From: a virus
DNA length: 64,000 nt
Reading direction: 5' to 3' (one strand)
Virus record (IMG/VR): IMGVR_UViG_3300032164_000001
The notes below the pieces were generated by a model. It ran no database searches and was not told the DNA's origin. It saw only the letters and a program-made list of their open reading frames with translations. The position numbers and the translations under genes were made by a program. Within the stretch, counting starts at the first letter, position 1, and every line of letters starts with the position of its first letter. Positions 10,032 to 20,637 of this stretch are shown piece by piece.

Positions 10032-11609
10032 TTATGTCAGGGTCAGCACCCAGTCTGATTCAAAAGTTTCCACATGCCCGCCATCACCATACAGAGAGAC
10101 AGAGCCACTCTGTACGATACTGGCTGTGATACTTGTGATAGCACGCAAGCCGCCCCACTTGGCGGTGAATGCATATTTTGGATCTACTGGATCCGATGTA
10201 AGGCCGAACGTGTCGATTACGGTGTTGATTGCTTCGCCACCGGCAAGGAAGACATACAGCGTCCTGGCTGTGGCATTCTCGTCCAAGAAGTTCACAGTGA
10301 GACAGCATGGATCTGGACCAATGGCTGCTGTCACCTTCATGCTTAGGTTTGGGGAGAACTGCGGTGGCACCAACAGCACTCCGTAAACACCGGATCCGGG
10401 ATTCAGAGTCCAGGTGGCAAAACTGTACGTGTGCGAGTAGAGTCCGGCCGGGAACAACTGCCTGTCGGGCGGATCTTGGTCTGACTTGAATCGCCACTCA
10501 GTGCCACTCCAGTACTTGGCCAGACCGATCTCGCAGCTCTTCCACCCTGATTCGAATGTGTCGGCGATGCCGAAGAACGTCCTATTCGTCCGAAAGACGA
10601 ATTCTCCAATAGCTGGATCCCAGAACTCTAGGACGAATCTCTCGTTTGGCCAGGAACTGCTAGAACCTGGCAAGAACCAGCCACGCTCGAATGTCTCTCC
10701 GCCATCAAGACCGACCTCGACCTGAATGTCAGACAGGTCGCTGAGCAGTTGGATGTGACCACCGGGCCATGAAGGAGCCGTGGTGTCCATCTCGACTACG
10801 TTATCCTGGCACTCCTGACGAGCCGGAGGGGGCGACAGAGGCGGCCTGGTCACCGGGTAGATGTCCGGGATAGCCCAGCCGGTTTCGAACCCCTCGTAGG
10901 TCAACGTGCCGATCACCATTGAGTCCAAGTTCGCCGGAGTGAACTCGTTCAACGCGTCGCCGTTGTCCTTGCCATAGGCCATCAGTAGACGATGTGCGTT
11001 GAATTTGGCCTTCATCGAGTTGATCAAGGTCACCATCTGTGTTTCAGTGGTGACCACGATAGCAGATGGACGATTCGGCACGTCCTCCTTGCGATGCACG
11101 CCTGGCCATTCGGAGAAGTGGCCCCTGTCACGCTTGACCTCAGTGCTGCTCCTGTCGGTGCCAGCTGGATCCCAAAGTATGGAACGGAGAGCGTTGGCTG
11201 CTATGATGGCCTCTGGCAGATTTGTTGGCTCGCTCAGAGTGATGATGTTGATCACATCCGGTGTCAGGTGAATGTGCTTGTTCGCATCGGCAGGATCCGT
11301 GAGCATCACGCGATGGTGATCATACATGTCCGCGATGTCTAAAATCAGCGCCACTTGGCTTGGCAGGTTGCCCACGGACGCATCCGGTGCGGTGACAATG
11401 TTCACTGTGTCCTGGGCGAAGTGTGTGTAGTATGGCAACCGCCAGCCATCTTCGTATTCTTCCCATGGATCCCAGGTCTCCACACCGAGCGGGCCGGTGA
11501 CGACGTTGAAGCAGCCGATTGCCTCCTCGGCGCTGTGGACGCCAACAGACCAGTCCTGCGCCATGCCTTGCATGGTGCCTGGTGTTTCAAAAGAAGGGTT
11601 GGCCATCAT
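10032..11609 (-). CDS. Baseplate-associated structural protein with ExFExGW repeats
   Basis: 525 aa; NPSFE N-terminus; five (E/D)x(F/Y)Ex(G/D)W motifs; follows baseplate J. Confidence 0.6.
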   Translation of the reverse strand: MMANPSFETPGTMQGMAQDWSVGVHSAEEAIGCFNVVTGPLGVETWDPWEEYEDGWRLPYYTHFAQDTVNIVTAPDASVGNLPSQVALILDIADMYDHHRVMLTDPADANKHIHLTPDVINIITLSEPTNLPEAIIAANALRSILWDPAGTDRSSTEVKRDRGHFSEWPGVHRKEDVPNRPSAIVVTTETQMVTLINSMKAKFNAHRLLMAYGKDNGDALNEFTPANLDSMVIGTLTYEGFETGWAIPDIYPVTRPPLSPPPARQECQDNVVEMDTTAPSWPGGHIQLLSDLSDIQVEVGLDGGETFERGWFLPGSSSSWPNERFVLEFWDPAIGEFVFRTNRTFFGIADTFESGWKSCEIGLAKYWSGTEWRFKSDQDPPDRQLFPAGLYSHTYSFATWTLNPGSGVYGVLLVPPQFSPNLSMKVTAAIGPDPCCLTVNFLDENATARTLYVFLAGGEAINTVIDTFGLTSDPVDPKYAFTAKWGGLRAITSITASIVQSGSVSLYGDGGHVETFESDWVLTLT

Positions 11610-11615
11610 TCTTCT

Positions 11616-13241
11616 CTATGGAAAGATCTGCGAGTCGGTGTCAGCGTCGTATATCTCTGGGTTGCCGACTAGTCTCGGAAATTGTACTGGAGTCAATGTG
11701 AGCGATTGTCTTCGCTGATTCAACAACAACCCGGATTGCCCCTCGTCTACCTTGCGCACGCCGTTGGTGTCACGGATGACATTGAATACATCGCTCCAGA
11801 TGAGTTCGGGCAAAGGTACATCAGTCCTGGCAAGGCCAGACCAATATGTGCCCTGCCAGCTGGCGTACTGCATCATCAACTTTGCGCCAAAGTCGATGTC
11901 TGGATTGTCCAGACCGGTTGCAAGCTGGACGGCGAAGAAGTCCTCCAGGCTGGCATAAATGGCTGCACCGACAATGGTTGGTGAGAATCCCCGGCGAATG
12001 TAAACACGTGTCTTGACACTCACATCGAGGAAGTCCGCGCTGATCACCTCGAAAGTGAATGTCACCGTCGGTGGCTTGTTGTTCATGATCTCGTTGTAGA
12101 CTTGTGTGAGCAATGTACTAGATGGAGGAGCGGGTTTGATTCGCCCCGAGGCGAGCTTGACCCCCTGGGCAACAATGCGGAGCTGTCCCGTATTCTCCGG
12201 AATGCCCACGTACTCGTTGCTCGTAGCCATCAACGCTCTGGCCACACCACGTACGGATCTGGCCGTCGTCTCGAAGTCGTCTCGAGCCACACAACGCTTC
12301 AGTAGGCGCAATGAGGCCGGCGCTTGCACTCTAGCCTCATCAACGCTGATTCTGTCAGCTCCGCCAGCAGTGGGTGCTTCATTAGCGACGGCGAGACTGG
12401 CCAGAGTTCCATCATCAAAGGCTAACGAGTCAGACATGATCGACAATTTACCGGTTTCGACGTTTCCCCTTGTTCCACCACCAACCTTGTATCCAATCTT
12501 AATCTCGCCCTGCGGTGTTGCACCTACAGATCCGTTGCCAAAACTGATATGACAGCGATCAAGTTGGTCCACCAGTGCAAGGAATACTCTGTCAGAGGAA
12601 GAATACCCCAGCAATGAATCCACCTTTGTGTAGTCACCATTAGCTGCTGTAACACCGTACAGCAGTTCTGAGTTGTCCCACTCCGCAGAATTCAGACTAT
12701 CATCCAAGTATGGATAATACATCAGGACAAATTCCTGGTTTGGTTCACCGGTGGAGAAGATGGACTCTTCCCGTCTCTCCGATTGCTCCACTGCCACTTC
12801 AACATATGAGCCACCAGCTGATATCGTTTTGCGCTCTATCGTTTGAAACAGAACAGGATCCTCAGGATCTGTTGTTTGCAGTCGTGTACCACGAGGAATT
12901 ACTAGTTGGCTGACAGGATTGATCTCCCCAACAATGAATTTTGCCGTGCCGGAGCCGGCAGCAGCGGTTGGTAGAGTGTATCCTATCAACTGTCCCAGGT
13001 GAATGAGCGAGATGCGTTGTGTGGCAATCGGTATAAAACACTCCCCGGCTTGACTGTCTTGGTAGAAGTGCAAAATGTCTCCAACATGACACATCAGTTC
13101 CATGAGTATGTTGCCAAAGTTGGAAGTATTGAAGTCTGTCCAGTCTGTGAACACGGAGCGTATCAGGCCCTGCAAGCGCATGCGTAGACTGGAGAAGTCG
13201 CGATCGGTGAAGTCTATCGAACTCGGTATGCTGGCGGTCAC
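11616..13241 (-). CDS. Baseplate J / gp6-like wedge protein
   Basis: IDFTDRDFSSLR...WTDFNTSNFG; FGNGSVGATP; YKVGGGTRGNV; GGAD; RCVARDDFE. Confidence 0.92.
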   Translation of the reverse strand: MTASIPSSIDFTDRDFSSLRMRLQGLIRSVFTDWTDFNTSNFGNILMELMCHVGDILHFYQDSQAGECFIPIATQRISLIHLGQLIGYTLPTAAAGSGTAKFIVGEINPVSQLVIPRGTRLQTTDPEDPVLFQTIERKTISAGGSYVEVAVEQSERREESIFSTGEPNQEFVLMYYPYLDDSLNSAEWDNSELLYGVTAANGDYTKVDSLLGYSSSDRVFLALVDQLDRCHISFGNGSVGATPQGEIKIGYKVGGGTRGNVETGKLSIMSDSLAFDDGTLASLAVANEAPTAGGADRISVDEARVQAPASLRLLKRCVARDDFETTARSVRGVARALMATSNEYVGIPENTGQLRIVAQGVKLASGRIKPAPPSSTLLTQVYNEIMNNKPPTVTFTFEVISADFLDVSVKTRVYIRRGFSPTIVGAAIYASLEDFFAVQLATGLDNPDIDFGAKLMMQYASWQGTYWSGLARTDVPLPELIWSDVFNVIRDTNGVRKVDEGQSGLLLNQRRQSLTLTPVQFPRLVGNPEIYDADTDSQIFP

Positions 13242-13681
13242 AGTGCAACCTCCTGTGAGACAGGACCGATAAGAACGTTATTGGCTTCCGATGCAGCGTC
13301 GGTGACGACCACCCAAGATATCTTACAAACTATTTTGTTACGCAGTGAATAATCTGCAAACGGATCGGATGAGTCAATAGATGTTTCCACTCCAAGCACA
13401 GTGATGCGTTGGTCCCAGGTTTGCAGAGCTTCTGTGATCTGACTGGCTATAGTTCCAGCAAGAGCCTGTACTGCATTTTTGTTTCTGAATGACTCTAGAT
13501 CCACACCGAATTCTGGACGCCATGGTAGTTCACCGAATTTAGTGCCAATTATCTGTGATATGCTAGAACGAACAAGCGCCTCACCCTCGGCCGAAGCGAA
13601 GTCGCTACTAGCTACACGACGGAATGGATGCACCAAACCGTTTCCTAACGTGTTGTGCCTGAACTCTGTACTTTGCCGCAT
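13238..13681 (-). CDS. Baseplate wedge gp25/GPW family protein
   Basis: VRSSISQIIGTKFGELPWRPEFG...EALQTWDQRI signature. Confidence 0.92.
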   Translation of the reverse strand: MRQSTEFRHNTLGNGLVHPFRRVASSDFASAEGEALVRSSISQIIGTKFGELPWRPEFGVDLESFRNKNAVQALAGTIASQITEALQTWDQRITVLGVETSIDSSDPFADYSLRNKIVCKISWVVVTDAASEANNVLIGPVSQEVAL

Positions 13682-13683
13682 TC

Positions 13684-14511
13684 TCAGTTTCTCACTACGA
13701 ACTCAACCAATGCCTGTGCACTGTACGGTAAGCCGAGTATCATGCTGCCAAATTGCTCTATCGTACACAAAATTGTTCGCATTGTGCGCAGCGCTGTCAC
13801 CACTGGAGCCAACTGAACGAAACCGGTTATTGCCGAGCCACCGAATGAACCCGTAGCATCGTCGAATGAGGACTTCCATTCGTCTATTTTTTCACTTGCA
13901 CCCGGCACCAGTGCGGCGATCAGGTCCAGCAAAGTGAATATCAGTCCAAGTAGTTTACCCAGCAAGGTTAGCACTTGCATGAAGGCCGTCATCTGCTGTT
14001 GCAGATTGTCCCTGGCGCACTCCGCTATGCTGAGCAGTTCAGTGTCGTTATTATGCTGCGCTTCCAGCAACGCATTCTTGATCCGAGAAGTTTCGTCATC
14101 GATGATTCTTACAATGCTCAATAGGTCTTCAACAAGTAGCCTAATGAGCTTTACCATGTCTAGTATCAGTTTTATGTATGGAAAAGGAGGCATAAGCTGT
14201 ATTAAAGCGGAGAGCGCCTTAAAAAGTTTCTCGAAGCACTTCAACAATGGTCCAGGGCTCATAGTCATAATACTCTTTGGTATTGCTGTAATGCATGCAA
14301 TGATGGCCTGTATCATGTCCAGCAGTTTGATGACACCCATGATTGGAGACAGCACTGGCGTAGAGCTATTCAAGAACCTGAGCAACATGGTGGAGGGTCT
14401 GGGCAACTTCTCTACCGAGTCGCACAGGTATTGCATTTCTCCCAATCCGGGCAACGTGAGTTTCAAGAACTCCGGTGGAGGGGGTAATTTCAAACAAATG
14501 ACGGTTGCCAT
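13684..14511 (-). CDS. Hydrophobic helical hypothetical protein within the baseplate module
   Basis: 275 aa, L/I-rich amphipathic helices; tightly packed in the operon. Confidence 0.7.
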   Translation of the reverse strand: MATVICLKLPPPPEFLKLTLPGLGEMQYLCDSVEKLPRPSTMLLRFLNSSTPVLSPIMGVIKLLDMIQAIIACITAIPKSIMTMSPGPLLKCFEKLFKALSALIQLMPPFPYIKLILDMVKLIRLLVEDLLSIVRIIDDETSRIKNALLEAQHNNDTELLSIAECARDNLQQQMTAFMQVLTLLGKLLGLIFTLLDLIAALVPGASEKIDEWKSSFDDATGSFGGSAITGFVQLAPVVTALRTMRTILCTIEQFGSMILGLPYSAQALVEFVVRN

Positions 14512-14522
14512 GTTCTTATGAC

Positions 14523-15110
14523 TCAGTAGTAGCCCAAACCGTTTCTCTGGACTGAGTTTCCCAACATTATGCCACTCGGAACCTCCAACAACGAGATCTC
14601 CATCTTCATTTCCATTGGCGTCCCGTTGTACGTGAATCTTTCGTATTCAGTATTCAATGACTCCAGTACGCCAGTGAAATGCAACTCAGCTCTGGGCCAC
14701 TCCATGCTCAGCAACCGTGGAGCCTTTCCCAGACTGCTGGGAACCAGATGGGCTTCAAACCAGTTTCTCCACTGTAGCAATGTTCTGGGATCCGGAATAT
14801 TGTTCTGCTTGGTCGGATCAGCATTTGCTCGCATGAAAAGTATGTGATAAGAGAACCACAACTCCATGGAGATCTTTCTGCTACCAGTACGCACATACTG
14901 CGCAACCTCATGCGACAAACCAATAACTTGTCTACTTGAGTAATGCGTTTGTGTGGATTCCTTGAAACTGGTTGGATTGACTATGACTCGTCTGATATCA
15001 GCCTGTCCATTACCCATGCGGGACACAAAATACATGACGCATCTTGGATCTATTCTGGGCTTGGTGAATATCCCAGAATTGGCGAATCCAACTTCAAATG
15101 CGTCAGTCAT
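14523..15110 (-). CDS. CIS-tube / tail tube initiator-like protein
   Basis: NPTSF...IGLSHEVAQYVRTGSRKISMELWF...FTGVLESLNTEYERFTYNGTP. Confidence 0.75.
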   Translation of the reverse strand: MTDAFEVGFANSGIFTKPRIDPRCVMYFVSRMGNGQADIRRVIVNPTSFKESTQTHYSSRQVIGLSHEVAQYVRTGSRKISMELWFSYHILFMRANADPTKQNNIPDPRTLLQWRNWFEAHLVPSSLGKAPRLLSMEWPRAELHFTGVLESLNTEYERFTYNGTPMEMKMEISLLEVPSGIMLGNSVQRNGLGYY

Positions 15111-15126
15111 AAGAATTCACACTCCG

Positions 15127-15741
15127 TTATATGGATAGGCCGAGCGGTGACACCGGTCTGCCCTTGATGAATACGTTCAAACCATCCGCTTGTATTGCGG
15201 GTGCGTCCAAGATAATGGCATGTTTGGCTTTCAACACAATTGATCCATCCTTTGCATCTATCTCTATCATATTGGCGCCACCAAGTGTTTGAATTATCAC
15301 CTTCTTCTCGCTCGAGGTGTCAGTTATGTAGACCTCAAAAGTATCTGTTTCTGCCAATACTCTGACGTTTGGCGCGTCATCTTTCGATTGCTGCTGCACT
15401 ATTCTAGGAGCTCCGGTTTTACCATTTCTTTTAGGATAGTGTGCACAGAAATAAAACGGTTGTTCTATTTTGCCATAAATAAAGCCCACTAGGATCGTTG
15501 CACCTTTTCTCGGCACAAAGAATCCGCCTTTCCCACCAGAGGTAGAACCGTATCCAGCCCCTGGCATGCCTATCGGAAGGGCCCAATCAGTCTCTTTGTC
15601 TACAACTCCAAACACTTTGGCCTTCACGCGTCCCATGCGTTCTGGATCGTTGTTGACCACCACTTCAGCCCAATACAGACCATGATAACCACCGGCTGAC
15701 TCCTCCGCATCGCTCTCGGTAGGAAAACCCATTTCTGACAT
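15127..15741 (-). CDS. Baseplate central spike (gpV/gp5 OB-fold)
   Basis: GLYWAEVVVNNDPERMGRVKAKV...WALP...GGFFVPRKG..ILVGFIYG. Confidence 0.9.
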   Translation of the reverse strand: MSEMGFPTESDAEESAGGYHGLYWAEVVVNNDPERMGRVKAKVFGVVDKETDWALPIGMPGAGYGSTSGGKGGFFVPRKGATILVGFIYGKIEQPFYFCAHYPKRNGKTGAPRIVQQQSKDDAPNVRVLAETDTFEVYITDTSSEKKVIIQTLGGANMIEIDAKDGSIVLKAKHAIILDAPAIQADGLNVFIKGRPVSPLGLSI

Positions 15742-17133
15742 CTACCTGCCTCGCAGTTGATTGCGCCCGCCAGTGGCTCGGACTAGTGGTGTTCCAGGCA
15801 TAGGCCTCGGCTTGCTACTGCCTTTACGTCCCGGCCTCGGCTTTTTCTGTACAAACTTGAAATTGCCGATCTTTCCCATCACACGAACTTGTCTACAAAC
15901 CAAGGCCAGCATCGACTTCGCCTGACCCAACACATCAGTGAAAAACGTCATATGAGCAGGACAGCCACCTCCGGCTCGCTTCTTGCCACGCAACGAGAAA
16001 CCAGTTGTGTATCCATCGGCATCGATGCGATGCTCCACCTCATGAGCGATCCACATGCCATCAACGATGGGGCCGAAGTTGCCAAGCAGAACGGCGCAGC
16101 CCTCGGTCACCAGAGGATTGCCAACAACGGCCATCTTTATTGACCACTTGTTATTTGTTGACTCGTACAACCGCTTCACTGTTGCTTCCATCAATTTGGT
16201 GGACACAGTTGTAACCAAGTCTTTAGGATTTACTGTGTCCGGTAACTTCCCGGAGTTGTGTCCAGACTTGCCTATTGGTAACGAAATGCCTGCCAATGAA
16301 TTGGCCTGTCGTAGGGAATCAAGCAAAAAGCCTACGACGGCGCCCTTGTAAGGATCGTAACTGGTGCCATGGACAGAGTTGACATTCATGGCATAGTCTC
16401 CTTCAACGCTCATGGACAGAACGTCTGGCCCCATAGCATAGTTGAAGACTTCGACAGCTGTTTGCTTCCAACCCGGGCGGTGGAATCTGAACTCATCCTC
16501 TGTTGCCGAAAGATAGAACCCGCGCTCCACAGCCAATTTGCGCATATATTGCAACATGGTCTCACCAGTTGGTATCTGCGCCAAATTCACCATGGACTCG
16601 TTAGGACTTCCTGAGTTCATCAGGCTCAGCCCGGGTTGTATGAAGGTCTGTCTGTCAGTGTATCCAGCAGACTTGGCTAGCCTACGCATGGCATCTGATA
16701 TGCGCATTGGACCGGATGCCATGAATTTGTCATTTTCTGGCTTCAGGTGCAACTGTGGACGCTGCAGTTGCATCTCCATCACTACCGTGCCATATGCATC
16801 AGGCCTGGCAGACATTGGCGTCTGGCCAGAATCTGGTAGGCAGTTGGCCCTTACGCTTTTGATGGGTCCAACAAATCTGGTCGACATGCGCCCTTCGTAG
16901 CCAAAACGAATGCCTAGTTTCAATCCAGTGGCCAAAACCAATGGGTTGAAAAGTGAGCCGTCGGAGTTGTCGAACTCCATGTTGATTACTGGCAGCTTGC
17001 CTTTACCCTGTTTAGAAATGAATTGGAACTTAACCAGCGATTGCTCTAATGCAGCAGCAGATAAAGACTTGAGACCGCCAAGGACCTCGATCTTCACTAT
17101 CGGCTTTAGCGAGTCAATGCCAGCGAGTCCCAT
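15742..17133 (-). CDS. Baseplate hub (late control D/gp27-like)
   Basis: GIRFGYEG; GETMLQYMRKLAVERGF; VVGNP...G...GMWIAHEVEHRIDADGYTT. Confidence 0.85.
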   Translation of the reverse strand: MGLAGIDSLKPIVKIEVLGGLKSLSAAALEQSLVKFQFISKQGKGKLPVINMEFDNSDGSLFNPLVLATGLKLGIRFGYEGRMSTRFVGPIKSVRANCLPDSGQTPMSARPDAYGTVVMEMQLQRPQLHLKPENDKFMASGPMRISDAMRRLAKSAGYTDRQTFIQPGLSLMNSGSPNESMVNLAQIPTGETMLQYMRKLAVERGFYLSATEDEFRFHRPGWKQTAVEVFNYAMGPDVLSMSVEGDYAMNVNSVHGTSYDPYKGAVVGFLLDSLRQANSLAGISLPIGKSGHNSGKLPDTVNPKDLVTTVSTKLMEATVKRLYESTNNKWSIKMAVVGNPLVTEGCAVLLGNFGPIVDGMWIAHEVEHRIDADGYTTGFSLRGKKRAGGGCPAHMTFFTDVLGQAKSMLALVCRQVRVMGKIGNFKFVQKKPRPGRKGSSKPRPMPGTPLVRATGGRNQLRGR

Positions 17134-17136
17134 GAT

Positions 17137-17493
17137 TCAAAATGCTCCGGCTTGTCCATCCGTCACGGACATCAGCCAAGATTGCACGGTATCCGGTGCA
17201 GGTACCACAATCCACGAACCCGGTTCAAGTCTAACCGTTGGATCATTGATCGGCTCCGGTTGAAAGTCTGCTATGATCCACCATAGGTCTGCAGCGTCGG
17301 GAAAGGCGTTATAGTAGCGCGAGGCAATGTTATGCAGAGTATCACCCAATAGCACCTTGTGCAGTATTTCGTCATAACCACCGAAATATGATATCCTTGG
17401 ACGAAGCGACAAGTACAGTACATTGTCATCACGTCTGATTATCGTAGCGTGCTTGTACCTGGATTGCTCATCAAACATCTTATTGTCAATCAA
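17137..17493 (-). CDS. LysM-domain baseplate protein (tail X/gp53-like)
   Basis: HKVLLGDTLHNIASRYY...LWWIIADF...LEPGSWIVVP. Confidence 0.88.
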   Translation of the reverse strand: MIDNKMFDEQSRYKHATIIRRDDNVLYLSLRPRISYFGGYDEILHKVLLGDTLHNIASRYYNAFPDAADLWWIIADFQPEPINDPTVRLEPGSWIVVPAPDTVQSWLMSVTDGQAGAF

Positions 17494-20359
17494 CCCAGTG
17501 CGTGATCATAACCGCCGGAATGACGGTTCTTCCACGTGTTGCTCTTGTTTCAGATAGAAGAGGAGCCGGAACGAGCGCTGAGGCCGGCTTGCTCATAATC
17601 CGCAGCATCTCCTTGGTGTGATCTTCCGTTTGCGTGATTCCTCTCACAACAGCCCCATCTAGATCAACTTTAGTTGATTTAACTGCTGCTGGAGTGGTAG
17701 TCGGAAGTATGGGTTTTCCGATTGCTGCTCCGGTCTGTATTTCCAAGTTCTTCATCAATACGTCGAGCACCGTCTTCTGTTGCACCAATTGAAGATTTCC
17801 TCTATCCAGCAAATCTCCTGTTGCCTTCAACCAGTTCACATCTTTCTGTGTTCGCAGACCATATGTTTGTTGTCCCTGCGTCAAGGTGCTATACAGCGAA
17901 CGCACAGCATCTCCCAAATATGGTGCAACTGTCTCCTCTGTGAGCATGCCGACCTGTTGCATTAGTTTGACCTGTGGCCCGACGCCGGTCTTCTCTAGGG
18001 CCCTAGTCCGCAATGCCATTGTAGACTCAGCTATTCTTCCATATGCCGGCAATTCCTTCCCCATTGCGGCCCAGGTGTCTTGCAGCGATTGTCCACCGCC
18101 TACACCCAAAGATACCAAGAGTTGCGTCGCCCTTCTTAACTCGTTAGTAGGGTTGACAGCTGACTCTAGAGCCTTAGAAAGTGCTTCCAAGGATTTTATC
18201 GCCTTGTCTTCTCCAGGGAGCATGGATTGAATAACGAGCTGAAGAAATTTTGCGTTCTCTAGCGCTACAGCCTGCTGTTCCACGTCTGGTCTCTTGCCAG
18301 CGACGATCATCCTCTTGATCTCCGCCACCGGCTCATACATTTGACGAAGTGCGGCCATCGAAGTTCCAGGCATTTGCATGTGTGGGGGAAGAGCAGCCAT
18401 CTTCTCCAACATCTTTGGTATTACATCAAACGCCGTGCCTGGAGCTAGTGGTACTTTCGCCTTTTCAATCGCCTCTAGTTTAGACACCACCTGTGTTATG
18501 GCGGCAATGTTGATTGCAAACTCGTTTTGAATTCTGGAAGACTCCTTCAACGCAAGGGAATAGGTGGCAGCAGATTGTCCAAGTGCGATCTTCTCTCCTT
18601 CCAATTTGGAGGCCGTGGCGCCAAACAAGAATTTCTTCAAGTATGGCCAGAATGTGGCAACTAGACCAATAGCCAAGCCAATTGGTCCGAGGAATGATAA
18701 AAACATGCGTCTGAGGCTCCAGCCAGCAATGGATGCAGCAGCACCCACACCCTTAATGGCACTGGTCAGTACTGGCACGGATAGGGTCACTAGCTTTAAC
18801 TTTGCAAGAACCCACACCAGCGCTATGCCAATTCTACCAGATATCAACCAGCCAAATGCTGCACCGATCAAGGCTCCAGATGCAGCTATGCTGGCGAGAG
18901 GAACTAAAATCGCGACAAGAGTTCCACCAAGATATGTGGCTCCAGTTGCTATGACCTGGAGTACTTTCCCCCACCACGTACCGCTAGCAATGCCCTCACG
19001 TATTGCGGATACGAGCCACGCCGCTTTATCTGCGAGAAAACCGACAACTCCAGCCAATGGCTTGAATACGGTACCAAGCAAGTTGCTACCCGCCTCAGCC
19101 AACCTGGCCAGTTGTGCCGACAACGGTTTCATAGCCTCTTCATTGGCCTTTCTCAACACGTAAGCGGAATTGCGCATTTCATCTTGGGTGTACTTCCATG
19201 CCTCCGCACCATACAGCACTGCCCCGGACTGACTCAACATGCCCTGATTCATGGCTTGAATGTTGGCCATGATGGGCTTCACAGCCCTGTCTCCAAAGGC
19301 CTGACGGATGCTATCGGAAACATAGGTCATGTCTCCACCATACTTGTCCGCAGCAGCAGCCAATGAGATCATGAAGTCAGTAACAGATTCGAACGAACCA
19401 CCGCTTGCAGCGATGACACCCAGATTCCGTTCGAGCCCGGATCGCACCTTCGGGTCTGTCAAACGACCCATGGCCGTCTTCAATCCAGTGGCTGCCTCTT
19501 CAGATCTAAGACCAGCCCTGATTGCAATGGCATAAGCTGGAGCAATGTCCTCGAAGTTTGAACCAACAAGACTGGCAGCAACGCCGAGCTTTCCCATGCC
19601 ACCGGTCAGCTTGTCCATAGGTACCCCAACGGCTCTGGATAGTGCTACCAGTTTGTTCAATGTGGGTTCCAGAGCACTGGCCTGTAGATGAAATGCGCCC
19701 ATGGTTACCGCAGCCAACTCCGCCGCCTTCTTTACATCCTTACCCATATACGTTTGGGCCATCATCAATACTGGCAATAATGACTCGGTTGTCGCCTTTA
19801 CATCACGCACTGTGAGATTTAACGTCTTTGCTGCTTCAATGGCCTCTGGCGGTGTGAACACAGTGCGTTCTGCCGCAGTCATTGCAGACCGTGTCAGTAT
19901 GTCGATCTGCTCTGCGCCGAGCCCTGTAGCCACCTTGAGGTCAGTCATGGCCGTCTCAAGGTCCATCGCCGGCTTGATGCCGGCAGCAATAAAACCAGCT
20001 GCTCTCTGGGCGACGATCAGCGTGTTGTAGGCCCCGGCCAAAGTGGCAAATGCTCCCTTACCGGCCTCGGCTTTCCTGGTCACGCCATTGAGACTGTCAC
20101 CAACCATGATGTTGGCTGCAGCAACAGCGTTGGCCACCGGGGTTAGCGAATTGGCCAACTGCGCCGCAACTGATTGTAACGAACTCAGCGTCTGCTGAAC
20201 AGCCGCAGAATTCTTAGCTGTGCCCTTAGACGAACGTTCCACTCTGCCAAATGACTTGGAGATCGAATCCAACGATGTCGACACCTTGCTGGCAATAGAC
20301 GAAAGATTGTCTACGCCCCTGAAGGTGAACGTGATGGTGTTGGCAACGTTTCTCGCCAT
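17486..20359 (-). CDS. Tail tape measure protein (TP901-family core)
   Basis: 957 aa, Ala-rich helical; AMDLETAM, TVFTPPEA, EAATGLKTAMGRL; hydrophobic central segment. Confidence 0.92.
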   Translation of the reverse strand: MARNVANTITFTFRGVDNLSSIASKVSTSLDSISKSFGRVERSSKGTAKNSAAVQQTLSSLQSVAAQLANSLTPVANAVAAANIMVGDSLNGVTRKAEAGKGAFATLAGAYNTLIVAQRAAGFIAAGIKPAMDLETAMTDLKVATGLGAEQIDILTRSAMTAAERTVFTPPEAIEAAKTLNLTVRDVKATTESLLPVLMMAQTYMGKDVKKAAELAAVTMGAFHLQASALEPTLNKLVALSRAVGVPMDKLTGGMGKLGVAASLVGSNFEDIAPAYAIAIRAGLRSEEAATGLKTAMGRLTDPKVRSGLERNLGVIAASGGSFESVTDFMISLAAAADKYGGDMTYVSDSIRQAFGDRAVKPIMANIQAMNQGMLSQSGAVLYGAEAWKYTQDEMRNSAYVLRKANEEAMKPLSAQLARLAEAGSNLLGTVFKPLAGVVGFLADKAAWLVSAIREGIASGTWWGKVLQVIATGATYLGGTLVAILVPLASIAASGALIGAAFGWLISGRIGIALVWVLAKLKLVTLSVPVLTSAIKGVGAAASIAGWSLRRMFLSFLGPIGLAIGLVATFWPYLKKFLFGATASKLEGEKIALGQSAATYSLALKESSRIQNEFAINIAAITQVVSKLEAIEKAKVPLAPGTAFDVIPKMLEKMAALPPHMQMPGTSMAALRQMYEPVAEIKRMIVAGKRPDVEQQAVALENAKFLQLVIQSMLPGEDKAIKSLEALSKALESAVNPTNELRRATQLLVSLGVGGGQSLQDTWAAMGKELPAYGRIAESTMALRTRALEKTGVGPQVKLMQQVGMLTEETVAPYLGDAVRSLYSTLTQGQQTYGLRTQKDVNWLKATGDLLDRGNLQLVQQKTVLDVLMKNLEIQTGAAIGKPILPTTTPAAVKSTKVDLDGAVVRGITQTEDHTKEMLRIMSKPASALVPAPLLSETRATRGRTVIPAVMITHWVD

Positions 20360-20361
20360 GG

Positions 20362-20637
20362 CTATCGCTTACTGGACACCTTTCTGTACTCAGCGATCTC
20401 ACGCTCTCGTTGCTCACTCAGCAGTTCCAACAATACATTCCTATGTGTCACGGGTAGCTCCATGGCCTCACTCCACGATATCTGCAACGAAGATAGCTCT
20501 GGAGGACTCAGGCACAGGGAGAACATGACTTCTAACCATCCTCGCTCACCGGTGAAAGGGAAAAGCGCTTCCGGTTCGAGAAGAACCCCGCCTCGAAAGG
20601 GAGAATCATCTGCTGCAATCTGTAGCAGTGCGGACAC
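20362..20637 (-). CDS. Tail assembly chaperone, -1 frameshift extension (lambda gpT-like)
   Basis: Lies in the -1 frame overlapping the 3' end of 20532..21287, immediately before the tape measure; SWSEAMELPVTHR. Confidence 0.7.
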   Translation of the reverse strand: MSALLQIAADDSPFRGGVLLEPEALFPFTGERGWLEVMFSLCLSPPELSSLQISWSEAMELPVTHRNVLLELLSEQREREIAEYRKVSSKR

